DNA of 63,361 bases, the filler included, from Candidatus Woesearchaeota archaeon (GTDB lineage: Archaea; Nanobdellota; Nanobdellia; Woesearchaeales; B72-G16), in assembly GCA_003650545.1 (NCBI GenBank). It is 7 parts of 7 records of this genome, joined end to end, with 100 filler letters (N's around TTAATTAATTAA, not from the genome) between each part and the next. Parts side by side here need not be neighbours in the genome. Positions count along the whole stretch, not along the records: positions 28,181 to 37,411 come from QMQO01000045.1; positions 37,512 to 46,473 come from QMQO01000046.1; 5 more parts are not named here. One strand, written 5' to 3'. The notes under the pieces were generated by a model. It was given only the letters and a program-made list of their open reading frames with translations. It was not told where the DNA came from and did not search any database. This document shows positions 28,208 through 39,940 of the stretch, one piece after another; the first letter of the stretch is position 1; the number at the start of each line of letters is the position of its first letter. Both the position numbers and the translations under genes were made by a program.

Positions 28208-29347
28208 CTATTCTAGTACTAGTTCCCCTTCTTTTATTCTAGCTGGATAGAGTTTGAAGTTGATTTCGCCATTACTGTCAAAATTTAAGTTGCCCATTAA
28301 TCCATTATAGTTTACTTCTAAAAGCCCAGTTCGTATCTGCTCAGGTTGTGCCCCTTTTATGGCTGCTGCTTTACTAATCAACATCAATGAATCATAACCA
28401 AATGCTGAATAAGCATCTGCAGTCTTATTAAATCTTTCTTTATATCTAGTGTTAAATCTTTCATTCTTATTATCTAGTTGATCTAGATAATATGTTGGCG
28501 TAGTTGTATAAACTCCTTCTGCATTACCTTGCATTTTATCCAGAACATTTGGTGATGCAAGTATCCAGTTGCCTGCTAGAACTTGATGCAATCCTAATTC
28601 TTTTGTCTGCCTGAACGAAATAATATAGTGATTGTCATAACCAACAATGTATATTGCTTCTGGTTTTGCATTTTTAATCTTTAAGAGTTGAGTTCTAAAG
28701 TCTGTATCCGCCCTAGAAAATGTTTCAGCAACTACAACTTTTCCATTATAATTCTCTACAGTCTTCTTAAATGCTTCATAATATGAAACACCATAGTCAT
28801 CGTTTATATAAAGCACACCAAAATTTATCAAGCCATTTTCAACTAGAGTCTTTGCCATAACAGGAGCGTCCATGTCTGCGTTTGTAAAAACCCTAAAGAT
28901 ATATTTGCCCTTTTTAGCTATATCTGGACCACTTGTAATTGTTGTTAAAAGTGGAATTTTATTTTCTTCAGCTAATGGAATTATGGCTAGTGTTGGACTA
29001 GTAAATGCAGTTATCACAGCATTAGGATGTTCAAGTTGTATCAACCTATTAAAAGCATTAATAGCTTCTTTAGCATCGGCTTTGCTGTCTTCAAATGTAA
29101 TCTTTATCTTTGCTCCATTTATCCCACCATTAAAATTAATTTCTTCCTGTGCTAATAACATTCCATCTCTAGCCTGTTCACCTAGGTACGAACCTGGTCC
29201 TGTTAATGGCAATATCGCACCTATTTTAATTATATTTTCTTGTTTTTGTTCGCAACCTCCAACAATAACCAGAAAAATGATTGCTAACACAAAAACCCCG
29301 AAAAAGTACTTTCCTTTCATTTTCATGTCCATTTTATCACCTTCCAT
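28208..29347 (-). CDS. Branched-chain amino acid-type ABC substrate-binding lipoprotein (LivJ/LivK-like)
   Basis: Lipobox-like VGGC, IKIGAILPLTG, GGING, DFRTQLLKIK, AFGYDS. Confidence 0.92.
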   Translation of the reverse strand: MEGDKMDMKMKGKYFFGVFVLAIIFLVIVGGCEQKQENIIKIGAILPLTGPGSYLGEQARDGMLLAQEEINFNGGINGAKIKITFEDSKADAKEAINAFNRLIQLEHPNAVITAFTSPTLAIIPLAEENKIPLLTTITSGPDIAKKGKYIFRVFTNADMDAPVMAKTLVENGLINFGVLYINDDYGVSYYEAFKKTVENYNGKVVVAETFSRADTDFRTQLLKIKNAKPEAIYIVGYDNHYIISFRQTKELGLHQVLAGNWILASPNVLDKMQGNAEGVYTTTPTYYLDQLDNKNERFNTRYKERFNKTADAYSAFGYDSLMLISKAAAIKGAQPEQIRTGLLEVNYNGLMGNLNFDSNGEINFKLYPARIKEGELVLE

Positions 29348-29456
29348 TTTAGTTATTTTATAGTAGTAATAAAAAGGGGTGGTGTGGTGGTATTTAAAAA
29401 TTATTTCCTCACCTAGAGGGCGAAAAATTTAAAAACATCAAAATTATTAAATAGTT

Positions 29457-30224
29457 ATGGATACTAAAAATCTAGAAAAAATTGGTTTAACTGAAGGAGA
29501 AGCTAAGGTATACCTAGCTCTTCTTAATCTTGGCTCTTCCACAATAGGCAAGATAATAAAAGAAGCTTGCGTTTCAAATTCTAAGGTTTACGATATTCTA
29601 GACCGGCTCAGCAAAAAAGGTCTGGTTGGAGTTGTTGTTGTGAATAACAGAAAAAATTTTGAAGCTAAAGATCCTTCTAGGTTACGCGAATTGATCGAAC
29701 TAAAAGAGAAAGGGATACAAGAAGAAAAACAAGAATTAGAAAAATTAATTCCAAAACTCCAACAGATACAAAGATATGCAGAGCAACCACAAGAAGCTGA
29801 AATTTTACAAGGCACTAGAGGAATAAAAACATTTGTAGAACTAATATTGAACAAATTAAAAAAAGGGGATACATTTTACATTCTAGGAGCTCCAAGAGAA
29901 GCCAATGAGATGCTTGGGGCATATTTCCAAGATTGGCACAAAAGAAGGGTAAAGAAGAAGATTCATTGTAAGATCCTATACAACCAAGATGCTAAAAAAT
30001 GGGCGAAAATAAGAAAAAAAATGCCTTTCACACAAGTTAGATTTCTGCCAAAAGAAATAAAGACTCCAGCACTTATAGATATTAGTATGGACTATGTTGC
30101 TACAATACTCTTTGGAGAGAGACCATTATGTTTTGTAATAAAAAACAAAAAAATTTCAAATAGTTATATCAGTTATTTTGAATTGCTATGGAAGATCTCC
30201 AAAAAGCGTCAAGAAAACAACTAA
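29457..30224 (+). CDS. TrmB-family transcriptional regulator
   Basis: GLTEGEAKVYLALL, SKVYDILDRLSKKGLV wHTH, C-terminal effector domain. Confidence 0.92.
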   Translation: MDTKNLEKIGLTEGEAKVYLALLNLGSSTIGKIIKEACVSNSKVYDILDRLSKKGLVGVVVVNNRKNFEAKDPSRLRELIELKEKGIQEEKQELEKLIPKLQQIQRYAEQPQEAEILQGTRGIKTFVELILNKLKKGDTFYILGAPREANEMLGAYFQDWHKRRVKKKIHCKILYNQDAKKWAKIRKKMPFTQVRFLPKEIKTPALIDISMDYVATILFGERPLCFVIKNKKISNSYISYFELLWKISKKRQENN

Positions 30225-31168
30225 AACTTTCCCTTAAACATATCTCTTTGCCCAACATGACCCCTTCTCGTGTCTATCCAGAACTGATAAAATGTACCAG
30301 AATGTGTTGTCTTAGCAAGAACAGTGCATGGCTCCAAAGGGCACAAACCATTGCATGCCTTGTAGTCCTTCCTTGCACAGCCTAATGAACCAACAGCCCA
30401 GAATGCATCATCTAGCTCTAACTGACTGATGCCAGTCTGCTTTGTAACCATTATATAAAGCTTTCTAAGAGGAGATTCAAACATACAAGATCGGTAAGCT
30501 CGGATCACTTTACTTGATTTTAGATTTTTACCTTTATATTTAAAGTCACGAGGTTGAGGTAGCCGATGAATCACACCTTGACCATAACTTATCCTTATTA
30601 CGTGTCTATCAATCTTTATAGGCATTTCTTGTTGGTTATCAAATTCAGCAACACCAGCTTTAATTGCATTTTTGATAAACAAACTTGCTTTTCCAAGACC
30701 TATAAGCTTAAACTCACTCACTCGGGCCAATGCTTCGTTAACATCTCTAATTCCCATAAAGATGTTCCTTGGATCTCCATTATATTCATTTCTTAATTTC
30801 TTACAATTCTCATATAAAGCCTTCATTGGCTTTCCTATGCCATTGTCTAGTACACCTAATTCTTCAGAGCCTTTTATTATGTCCTCGTAAGAAAAATCTA
30901 AGATTTCTTTTGCTCCAAAAGCGTTTACAAATCTTCTCATATCAGAATACACTTTCTCAGACGATCTGAGAGAGTCGAATATTGTAGCATAAAAAAGATG
31001 TAACATATGCTCTAAAGAACCAATAGATATACCTTTAGGAGGCTCAAAATCAGGTAGCCTATTCTGTTGAAACTTGCTACCATCTAAGTATTCTACCAAT
31101 GATTTACTCAACCAGATGGCCTTATCTAGATTGCAAACAACATCGCCTAAGTCAACTAACCACTCCAT
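30221..31168 (-). CDS. HhH-GPD superfamily DNA glycosylase-like protein with C-terminal Cys cluster
   Basis: HhH FKLIGLGKA, IDRHVIR catalytic Asp motif, C-x7-C-x3-C-x4-C. Confidence 0.75.
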   Translation of the reverse strand: MEWLVDLGDVVCNLDKAIWLSKSLVEYLDGSKFQQNRLPDFEPPKGISIGSLEHMLHLFYATIFDSLRSSEKVYSDMRRFVNAFGAKEILDFSYEDIIKGSEELGVLDNGIGKPMKALYENCKKLRNEYNGDPRNIFMGIRDVNEALARVSEFKLIGLGKASLFIKNAIKAGVAEFDNQQEMPIKIDRHVIRISYGQGVIHRLPQPRDFKYKGKNLKSSKVIRAYRSCMFESPLRKLYIMVTKQTGISQLELDDAFWAVGSLGCARKDYKACNGLCPLEPCTVLAKTTHSGTFYQFWIDTRRGHVGQRDMFKGKF

Positions 31169-31666
31169 AGAAAAAAATTTTATAGGCTAATATATAAGAA
31201 TTATTATACTGGAAATTAAAACTAATTAAACCAAATGAAATGAAAATTCTCCAGCAATCATTTAATAAGATGTTGAACTATAACTTGGTTATATATATAC
31301 AAACATTTGTTTAACAGATTTAGCAAGAACAGATCTAGAAGAATAGAACAATATTTCCAAAACATTTTCAAATAGCATAAGTCACAAGTAGCCCAGCAGT
31401 GTGCAACATATCAAGAATAGCAACATATAAGAAGCAATAAAGAAATAAACAGAAACACCAAACAGAATATCAATACAAAACAGAATATCAACAATACAAC
31501 ATAAACATAATAGTGTTAATAATAATATCAGTTTTAATTTGAGTTTATTTATAAATCTAATATTGTCCTCACAAAGTGATTAAATCTATATTGAAAAACC
31601 GAAATCTTTAAAAACTATGCTTCATAATAAATCTCTTATAAGGGGGTAGTAGTCGGGTGAAGTTTA

Positions 31667-34600
31667 ATGAAGTTTAAATTAGCAGTCACAATAGCATTAC
31701 TTTCAATTATTTTGGCTAGTATCTGTTATGCGGTTGATGTTAGCTTACATGGTTTTGATACTTATCCTGCAGCAGGCCATAAGCTGGTAATAGGTGACAC
31801 TATTGAAGTGTTTGCACCTGATGTCGAGACTCCATTAGATACATTTGTTGTTGATGAATATACAGAAGGAAGATTTAGTTTGTCATTACGTCAAGATAAG
31901 AAAAACACGCCAGAGAAAGATGGTGCTGTAGAGGGTGATGTTCTAACATTCAAAATTAATGGTGTAGAATGTCCACAAAAGTTAGTATTTAACCCAAACA
32001 ATTTCTTTGCAACCATCGAACTTACCAAATTAGATCATGAAGGAGAAGAAATAACAGAGACCAAAACAGACGAACCATACTACAACGTTAGTATTTTTCT
32101 TTTAGAAGATTATATGAAAGAGAAAAGTATTACACAGAAATATGTTATTCAAGAGAGAGATTATTCACCAATTCAAAAAAAGGAAGAAGAGTGGTCTTTT
32201 GACTCTCTTGATTCAGAAGAAAGGTCTCCAAATCAAAAAATAGATTCTCCAAATAGTATTGCGAATATCGAAGAAAGTTTAAATCTGAACACAACCTCAA
32301 ACACAATCCCTACAACTCCTAATAAAGAAGGTTCTTCAAAAAAACCTGAAGAACAAGAAGAAAATAGCACTAATAAAAATAAAAATAAAAATGTTTGGAT
32401 TGTCACAACTACTATAATCATTGTTTGTGTACTAGCATTTTTTCTAAGAAGAAAAATTAAACCATCTAATCCAATATTAAAATCATTCTCTTTTTTGTTC
32501 TTATCATTAATATTTATTGGTGTAGTAAGTGCTTCATGTACAGATCCCACAGGCGGCATTACAGTATCAAGTAATGTCTATCTTTGTCCAGGAACATACT
32601 ATCATGATTCTGGTGATCCAAGTGTTGGAAATGGTACAGCAGCTATTTTGATAGACGCTGACAATGTTATTGTTGATTGCAATGGCGCTAGATTCATAGA
32701 AGATGGTGGACCATCCTATTGGCCAAGTGTTTATTTTCAAGATCATGTTAATGTAACTCTAAAAAATTGTTATTTTGAGAATTTTAATTATAGCTTGTAT
32801 GGTTTCAACAGTAACACAAAAATTATTAATAACGTACTCAATGGAACAATTCAAGATGCAACAAAACAAGGTCCTATAAGTAATAACATCATCATAAGAA
32901 ATAACACTTTCATAGACATAGGCGAATTTGCTGTTTTTGGAGATTCGTGGGATAATTCTGAAATAACAAACAATACAATAATCAGATCAGCACATACAGC
33001 AATCGAGTGTTACCAATGTCGCAATAGTATAATAATGTACAATAACATAACGGATAGTACCTGGTGGCATACAGAGAGAAATCCTCTCTGGAGTGATTCT
33101 GAACAAACAATGTCGAGGGCAGGATTAAATGGCGTGATGCACTACGGTCAGTGTGCACAACACAACATTATAAAATTTAACACAATAAAAAACAATAAGC
33201 AAGCTGCTATTGAATACACCCACCCCAATATTGATAATGTTATAGAATATAACACAATGTATGGTAATAGTGGAACTTATACTCAGAACTTTGTGTGTCC
33301 CAAAGGTGGCTGGATGAATCAATCCTGTTTCTTGGGCAATGGTACGAAGAAACAGTTCTGGCTATATTACCCTGATGTTGAGGCTAACACATTAAGCGTT
33401 AACATCACGTGGCAAAGCAATGGCACTGTTGTCCCACAAACGCAGGGCATAGACTATGTTCTTGATGAATCTGATATATGGGAACCAAAACTTAATTTTA
33501 CTAATGCACCGCCTGCTAACACAAATATATCTGTTAGCTTTAACTTCACAACATTTGTTCAGTTCGATGGTATCGAGAATAAAAATTTGACCTATCCATT
33601 ATCCGTAGCAAAGAACTATTGGGGACCATTTGATCCATTTGATGCAACAAATAAGTCTTGGTACATAAATATGATAAACCATACTTGGCTGTACGATGGT
33701 CACGAATGGAGCGAAAGTGGCTATCCTAATGTGGATTGTCCACCATTTGTAATGACAGGCAGTGGGGGTTATTACACAACAGCAGGTCATGATTCTGGAC
33801 AGTGTAATTGGCCTGATAATTTGCAAGTCTATGAGTTTTGTCCAATCTTATCTGCACCATGGCCAGAAGGCAGATTAGTTAGCTGTGTTCAGAACAACAC
33901 TCAGCCAAAACTTAATATACCAGAATCATACTTTCTAACAGGTGGAGCAAACATAAATGAAGACCTATATGATTATACTTCTGATTGGGAAGATTTGAAT
34001 TCCACTTATGATGCAATAAACTATTCTATTCTTGCAGAAACGAATACCGGTGTTGTCGATTGTGAAATTAATCAGGATAGGTTCTTCAACTGCACAAATC
34101 TAGCCCATGGCCAATCAATAGTTACTTTGATGGTTAATGATTCTGAGTTTAATCACACTGTTAACATCACAATCACAGTCAATGAACCACCTCAACTAAC
34201 CGCCATACCCAACCAATCGTGGTGGATGAATACAAATCATAGCTTAAATGTTTCTCAATATTTCGTTGATCCAGATGGCGATCCTTTGGCGTTCACTATC
34301 ACCATGACTGATTACATCACTATTCCTGAAACAACAATGTTATGGGATAAAGATGGATTGGTATTGACAAATGATGTGATAACATTTGTTCCAAATAAAG
34401 ATTGGGAAGGTAATCAGACAGTGATTATAACAGCTTACGATCCTTACCAGAGCACACAAAGTAATAGTTTTATTTTAGAAGTCAAAGTGCCTTTTAATAT
34501 TATCGATATCTCTACAGATAAAACCGAATATGAAGTGAATGAGACCGTAACATTCACTGCAAATTTACTCAACCCTGATGGTTATAACCTGAAGTTGTTG

Positions 34601-37411
34601 ATTGACGATAATGGTTATTTTGCTAATTGTGATTATACAGACCAAAGTGGTTGTCTGTGGAGTAATTCTAGCACAGGAAACCAGATAAATATCACTTTAA
34701 AAGCTATTTCAGAACAAAAATGGTATGCTCGCGTTTGTTATCAAGATTTTTGTTATGGTAAAGGAGAAAAGATTCCAAGGGCACTAGGACTCAGCGACAG
34801 CACAGAATATGGGGAAAACTTCTTTAACAGCTCAAATGATTATAACAGCTCAAGTGGTGATGCTTTTATCTATGGCCGGGATCCAAGTGATAAATTAGGA
34901 AATTATAATTATTTATTTGATATTAATAACGACGGTTACTTAGATGTTCTGACAACATCTATAAGTGCTGAACAAAATCCTGCAGAAAATAGCTTAGGAG
35001 AGGTTTATATTTTTTACGGAGCTCCTGGAAAATTTTATGGTGATATCAATGCGTCAACTGCAGATATCACAATATATGGCTATGAAAATAATCTATTACT
35101 AGCACAAGCATTTGGTATTAGCGACCTGAATGGAGATGGGAAGAATGATCTGGTGTTAGGTTCTAGCTCTGGTGACACTTATGGATATACTAACAATGGG
35201 GAAATTTATATAATTTATGATATCAATTCTTATGCAGGGGGCGGGCCATACAACATTTCAAACATAGTAGATTCTATAATACGCGGTACAAAACCTAACC
35301 CATCAAATCCTGATCCTAACTGTAAAGCAGACAGCACATTCTGGGGAAGATTGGTTTGGTTTGCAGACATCAATAACGACGGTGTTGATGATATGTTTGT
35401 TCCTGCTGGCTTTAGCACTTATTGGCCTCAACAATATAGAGAAGGGATTGTCTATTTACATTATGGAAATACCTCTGAAACTTTATCAGGTATCTACAAC
35501 AACACAGACTTTGCAGATCTAATGATTGTTGGAAAAAACTCGTCTTATCTGGGTTTTTCAATGGACTTTAATGATTTTAATAACGATGGAATTACTGATT
35601 GGTTGGTTTCTGCGTATAAAGCAACTCCCTGGGGCCCTCAAAATGAATCAAGTCCGTATTACCTAGCAGGTGAAATTTACATTGTTTACGGCCCTATCTC
35701 ACAAAAAGGTGTTATCAACATATCAAATATTTTAAATGTAACTTTCCATGGTATGGAAGGAAAAGTTGGAACACAATCTGCTGAAAGCATTGGTTATTTC
35801 AAAGTTACATCTGGCGATCTCAACATGGATGGTTATGACGATATTGTGTTTGGTGGCCGTTCTGGAGACCCATATAACCCAGTGTATAATAATTCTGGCA
35901 GAACCTATGTCTTCTATAACCCAGGTGGAAATTGGACAACCGAATGGAATGTGACAGATGCGAATATAACTTTTATTGGCCCTATGCATAACGATCTTAT
36001 CGGAGGAAGCCAAGATATTGCTGATGTAAACCTTGATGGTTATAATGATTTATTAATATACTCAGACCAGATTGATAATTTCCAACAAAATGCTGCAGGG
36101 ACAGAGATGTTGTTTTATTTTCCATGGCCAAATGGCCAGTATGATGTCCTTGACCCACGGATTAATCATTTTTATAATAGAACGATTTGTGATGGCAGTG
36201 GTACTGATCCTTGCGATGGATCTGCAACAAGTATGTGGATCTATTACTGGAATATCGACGAATCAACATTGGATGTTTATAAAAATGGGGTACTACAGAC
36301 AAATGGTGTTGATTATACTTTAGATTTATCAGACCCCTTACATCTAAATGCCTATCTATCGTGGATAACTGCCCCAGCAAGTGGCGACACTGTTTGGGCA
36401 GAATTCTACCACACATGGAATTATGAGAAAGCACATCCCTCTTTTTCAACTTACGCTAATTTCACCGTTCGTGGAACCCAGTCTGCCGGGGGGTTAGGAA
36501 TGCAAGGCTCTTATCTTAGAGATCTGAACTATGATGGAACACCCGACCTATTTATGGACGAAAGACAATTCAATCATAATGGTGTTACACAAGTTGGAAG
36601 AAATGTTATATTCTATCTTTATACAGGCGAGAATAATGGAAATGTTTATACTGGTGATTGGAAAATTATAACTCCACCACCAACATCTAATACCGCTCCA
36701 AATATTACATCGATAATCTGCCCTGTCTCTGTTAACGAAGGAGAATGGGTTAACATAAGCTTTATTGTAGATGATGATAACATAGCAAATTTTACAATAG
36801 AGCGTAATGGCACGTTAGTTTCTTACACTAATGAAAGCAACTGGCTTACAACATTCACAGATGCAAACTTTTACAACTATACATTGTTTGTAAATGATAC
36901 CTATGGACTGAATGATACTGAGTATTGCACAGTCACAGTTAATAATGTGAATCAGACGCCTGTTTTAGACACCCCTCTGCCAAATATGACTATAGCAGAA
37001 GATGAGTTTAACGATACAACAAACCTCACCATATATTTCAGCGATCCTGATGGAGACGCTCTTATATATTATGTTAGCTCAAATGACACTAATGTAACTG
37101 AAGATGTTACAGGAGAAATATTAAATATTACACTTTCTGCAGACTGGTTTGGTTCTGCAACAGTCAATGTAACAGCTAGTGATGGTGCTACCAATATTTC
37201 TGATGATTTTCAGATAATTGTTACTCCAGTAAACGATGCTCCTGTTATAGCAGCGGCTCTTCCAGATATGACTATCTTAGAAGCTAGCTTTAATGACACA
37301 GTCGATCTAGATAATCATTTTAGCGATGTAGATAATACTTCATTGTTATACTGGGCGACTTCAAATGATAGCGGAAATGTGCAAGTTAGTATAGATGGAA
37401 ACAATATAATC
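31667..37411 (+). CDS. Giant surface protein: beta-helix, cadherin/Ig-like and FG-GAP propeller domains (truncated at contig edge)
   Basis: Signal peptide, internal TM pair, NNT/NN-rich beta-helix, FVDPDGDPL cadherin motifs, DINNDG/DLNGDG FG-GAP repeats, many N-x-T/S sequons. Confidence 0.9.
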
Positions 37412-37511
37412 NNNNNNNNNNNNNNNNNNNNNNNNNNNNNNNNNNNNNNNNNNNNTTAATTAATTAANNNNNNNNNNNNNNNNNNNNNNNNNNNNNNNNN
37501 NNNNNNNNNNN
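37412..37511. other. Artificial contig spacer
   Basis: N44-TTAATTAATTAA-N44. Confidence 0.99.
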
Positions 37512-37611
37512 CATTTTTTTTTTTTTTTTTTTTTTTCAATTTTTTATTTTTTTTCCATTTTTTTTTTTTTTTTTTTAATTAATTTTTATATTAATTTTTT
37601 TTAATAAACAA

Positions 37612-37896
37612 TTAAACAGCTCTCGGTCCTTTAAAATATCCGTCCTTCTTATGCTCAGTGTTTTTCAAAGCATCTTCTTGACTGAACGAGTCTTCTAGTT
37701 CGTCTTTTCTTGTCTCATTTTTTAGTACAACAGCTTGAAAGCTTGGCTTAACATTAGTAGTGTCTACCTCATCCAGTTTTGAGAAGAAATCTAGGATTTC
37801 TTTCAATTGTGGAATAAAATTCTCTACTTCATCCTTGCTGAGCTTTAGTCTAGCTAGAGTAGCTGTATGCTCTAATAACTCTTTTGTGATCTCCAT
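37612..37896 (-). CDS. gatC: Asp/Glu-tRNA amidotransferase subunit C (start re-called at MEITKE)
   Basis: LARLKLS, LDEVDTTNVKP, DGYFKGPRAV. Confidence 0.92.
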   Translation of the reverse strand: MEITKELLEHTATLARLKLSKDEVENFIPQLKEILDFFSKLDEVDTTNVKPSFQAVVLKNETRKDELEDSFSQEDALKNTEHKKDGYFKGPRAV

Positions 37897-38139
37897 GATG
37901 TTATGAATATGTTGGCTGTTTATAAAAATTTTGTTATCTGCTTCTAAAGTAACCAATCACCTAAATAATATTGCTGTTCAATGATAAGCGCATTGTAAGC
38001 GCATTTAGGCATTTTAAGTTTTATGTAGATGTGTTGCGATATACTATTGTTTAATGAGCCAAGCGTTTATTATCTATATTAGTTCAATCTTAATTTTTAA
38101 AAAAACAAAGCTTTTAAAAGTTAAAAAATACACATATCA

Positions 38140-38478
38140 ATGATGGAAGATGTGCTAGATGAAATTAACCTGTTGGAGATTCAAACAGGACAGATAGAAA
38201 ACGCATTACTTCATATGATTGATGAGATAAATCAGTCTAATCCTAAAGCTAAAATCAGAAAAGGGCGTATCTGGGGAAATACTTTAGATAACGGGTTGAC
38301 CTGGATGGTCGAATATGGTGATGGTCCTGATTACATTGCACTAAACTATAAACCAAGATATCCTTTACATGGTTTTGTTGGCGAATTTCGAGTTATAGCA
38401 GGTAAATTTATTCACCAGTGCGCGAATGTAGGAAAAGCATTTGATAAAATAGAAGAATTATTAAGAGAACTTTACTAA
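38140..38478 (+). CDS. Hypothetical protein
   Basis: ORF preceded by an archaeal TATA-like TTTTAAAA. Confidence 0.6.
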   Translation: MMEDVLDEINLLEIQTGQIENALLHMIDEINQSNPKAKIRKGRIWGNTLDNGLTWMVEYGDGPDYIALNYKPRYPLHGFVGEFRVIAGKFIHQCANVGKAFDKIEELLRELY

Positions 38479-39567
38479 ACTTTTCTGGAATAAAGAAAGT
38501 CTTGCAAGATCTTGCTTTATAACAGACTCAATTTTAGCTGTTTTCTTATAAACCCTAACTGCAACAAAGGGTTGTTCTAAAGGCATTCCAATCTGAGTTA
38601 GCAACTTAACCTCTGCTTGCTTAACATTTGCTCTTCTTACAAGGTCTTTAGCCAGCTTGAATGCAAATAGTTGATACAGTTTACCAGGATGATATATGTT
38701 CTTTCCTGCAATCGCTTCTAAAGACATATATCTATTTGGTGTTATCAGACCGTTGGCTCTATTTCCTCGCCCTGTATTACCATCGTCACCTTGCTCTGCC
38801 GATAAACCAGTAACAGTCAGATAACAAGAAGAAATATTTTTATAATCATCTAGTGTGTTAATCATAACCTTTGCTTTTGTTTTCTTTTTAAGGTAGTTTT
38901 TAATTGTATCTTTTGCTGTTATATACTGATCGATATTCTTGATGTATTTATCGATAAATGCGATAGCTAGTGTAAGTTCTATTTTGTTTTCGTTTCTAAG
39001 ACCTAGAATTTTAGTGTCTAGGCCTACCATTGGAAACCTTCTAAGAAAAGCTTTTGACCTAAGAAGCTTCCCTGTTTTTAATACAAGTGTTTCTAGTTTT
39101 GACAATGGGTAATGAGCACAGCCGATGCTGGTATCGTTTGCAACTTGTTTTTTTGTAATGCTAGTTAGATTTGTTGCACCTGGTTTAATTTCTGTTTTTA
39201 GCGTGAATTTTGCTCTTGGAAACGAGGTTAAGATTTTTTTTACTGCCCTTAGAACGATGGTTTTAACAGGAATCATTTTATTTCCAACCTTATTAGTGGC
39301 TCGTCCAGCAACTATGATTTTGATTGGTTGAATTATTTTACCTCCTTTAAAAGCAGGGTTTGCTTTGCCCGCAATGAGGAGAGCTTTGTCTATGTTGTGA
39401 TGCAAAACCCGTTTAAAGTGTTTTACATAGTATTGTGACAGAGCCATACTTGCAGCTTCGCAAACCTGATCGCAGATGCTATCCGGGTGACCAAGTCCTT
39501 TATGTTCTACAATTTCCACTTTTTGTTTTTCTGCAGAATCTTTGATGCTTTCTATTACAAGCTTCAT
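38461..39567 (-). CDS. mat: Archaeal-type S-adenosylmethionine synthetase
   Basis: [56 protein letters not shown]. Confidence 0.95.
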   Translation of the reverse strand: MKLVIESIKDSAEKQKVEIVEHKGLGHPDSICDQVCEAASMALSQYYVKHFKRVLHHNIDKALLIAGKANPAFKGGKIIQPIKIIVAGRATNKVGNKMIPVKTIVLRAVKKILTSFPRAKFTLKTEIKPGATNLTSITKKQVANDTSIGCAHYPLSKLETLVLKTGKLLRSKAFLRRFPMVGLDTKILGLRNENKIELTLAIAFIDKYIKNIDQYITAKDTIKNYLKKKTKAKVMINTLDDYKNISSCYLTVTGLSAEQGDDGNTGRGNRANGLITPNRYMSLEAIAGKNIYHPGKLYQLFAFKLAKDLVRRANVKQAEVKLLTQIGMPLEQPFVAVRVYKKTAKIESVIKQDLARLSLFQKSLVKFS

Positions 39568-39580
39568 TCTTTCCTTTTTT

Positions 39581-39940
39581 TCAATTAAATTTGCTTTCTT
39601 TTGATAAGCCTTCTATTGCTATTCTTAGCTTTTCTATATGTTTCTCTAGGTCTTCCTCGATCTCTTTGTACATAGCATAGCATAACTTGTGACCTTCTTT
39701 ATTTGCGTCTTCTTTAGCATGCCTCTTAAGAAAACCAACTATCTTGCTTAGATCGTATAGAAGTCTAACTTTATTATAATTACAATCGTTCAGCATTTTG
39801 TTCACCTCTTTAATTTTCAGTAAATAGTACTGGTAAATAGTTCCGTGTTTTAATAGTTTTCTGTTTTTGTGTTTTTTAAGTTCATTCAAAAACTCCTGCA
39901 ATGTCTGTTTTGCAGAAGCTACATTTACTATTCTTGACAT
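39581..39940 (-). CDS. Hypothetical helical protein
   Basis: ORF between the radical SAM gene and mat; start uncertain. Confidence 0.55.
   Translation of the reverse strand: MSRIVNVASAKQTLQEFLNELKKHKNRKLLKHGTIYQYYLLKIKEVNKMLNDCNYNKVRLLYDLSKIVGFLKRHAKEDANKEGHKLCYAMYKEIEEDLEKHIEKLRIAIEGLSKESKFN

Noticed and set aside
31200..31560. A-rich AAACAGAATATCA repeats as an array
   Set aside because: Only 2-3 short irregular copies in low-complexity DNA
37512..37610. Poly-T tract as a terminator or feature
   Set aside because: Contig-end low-complexity sequence, probably a sequencing or assembly artefact
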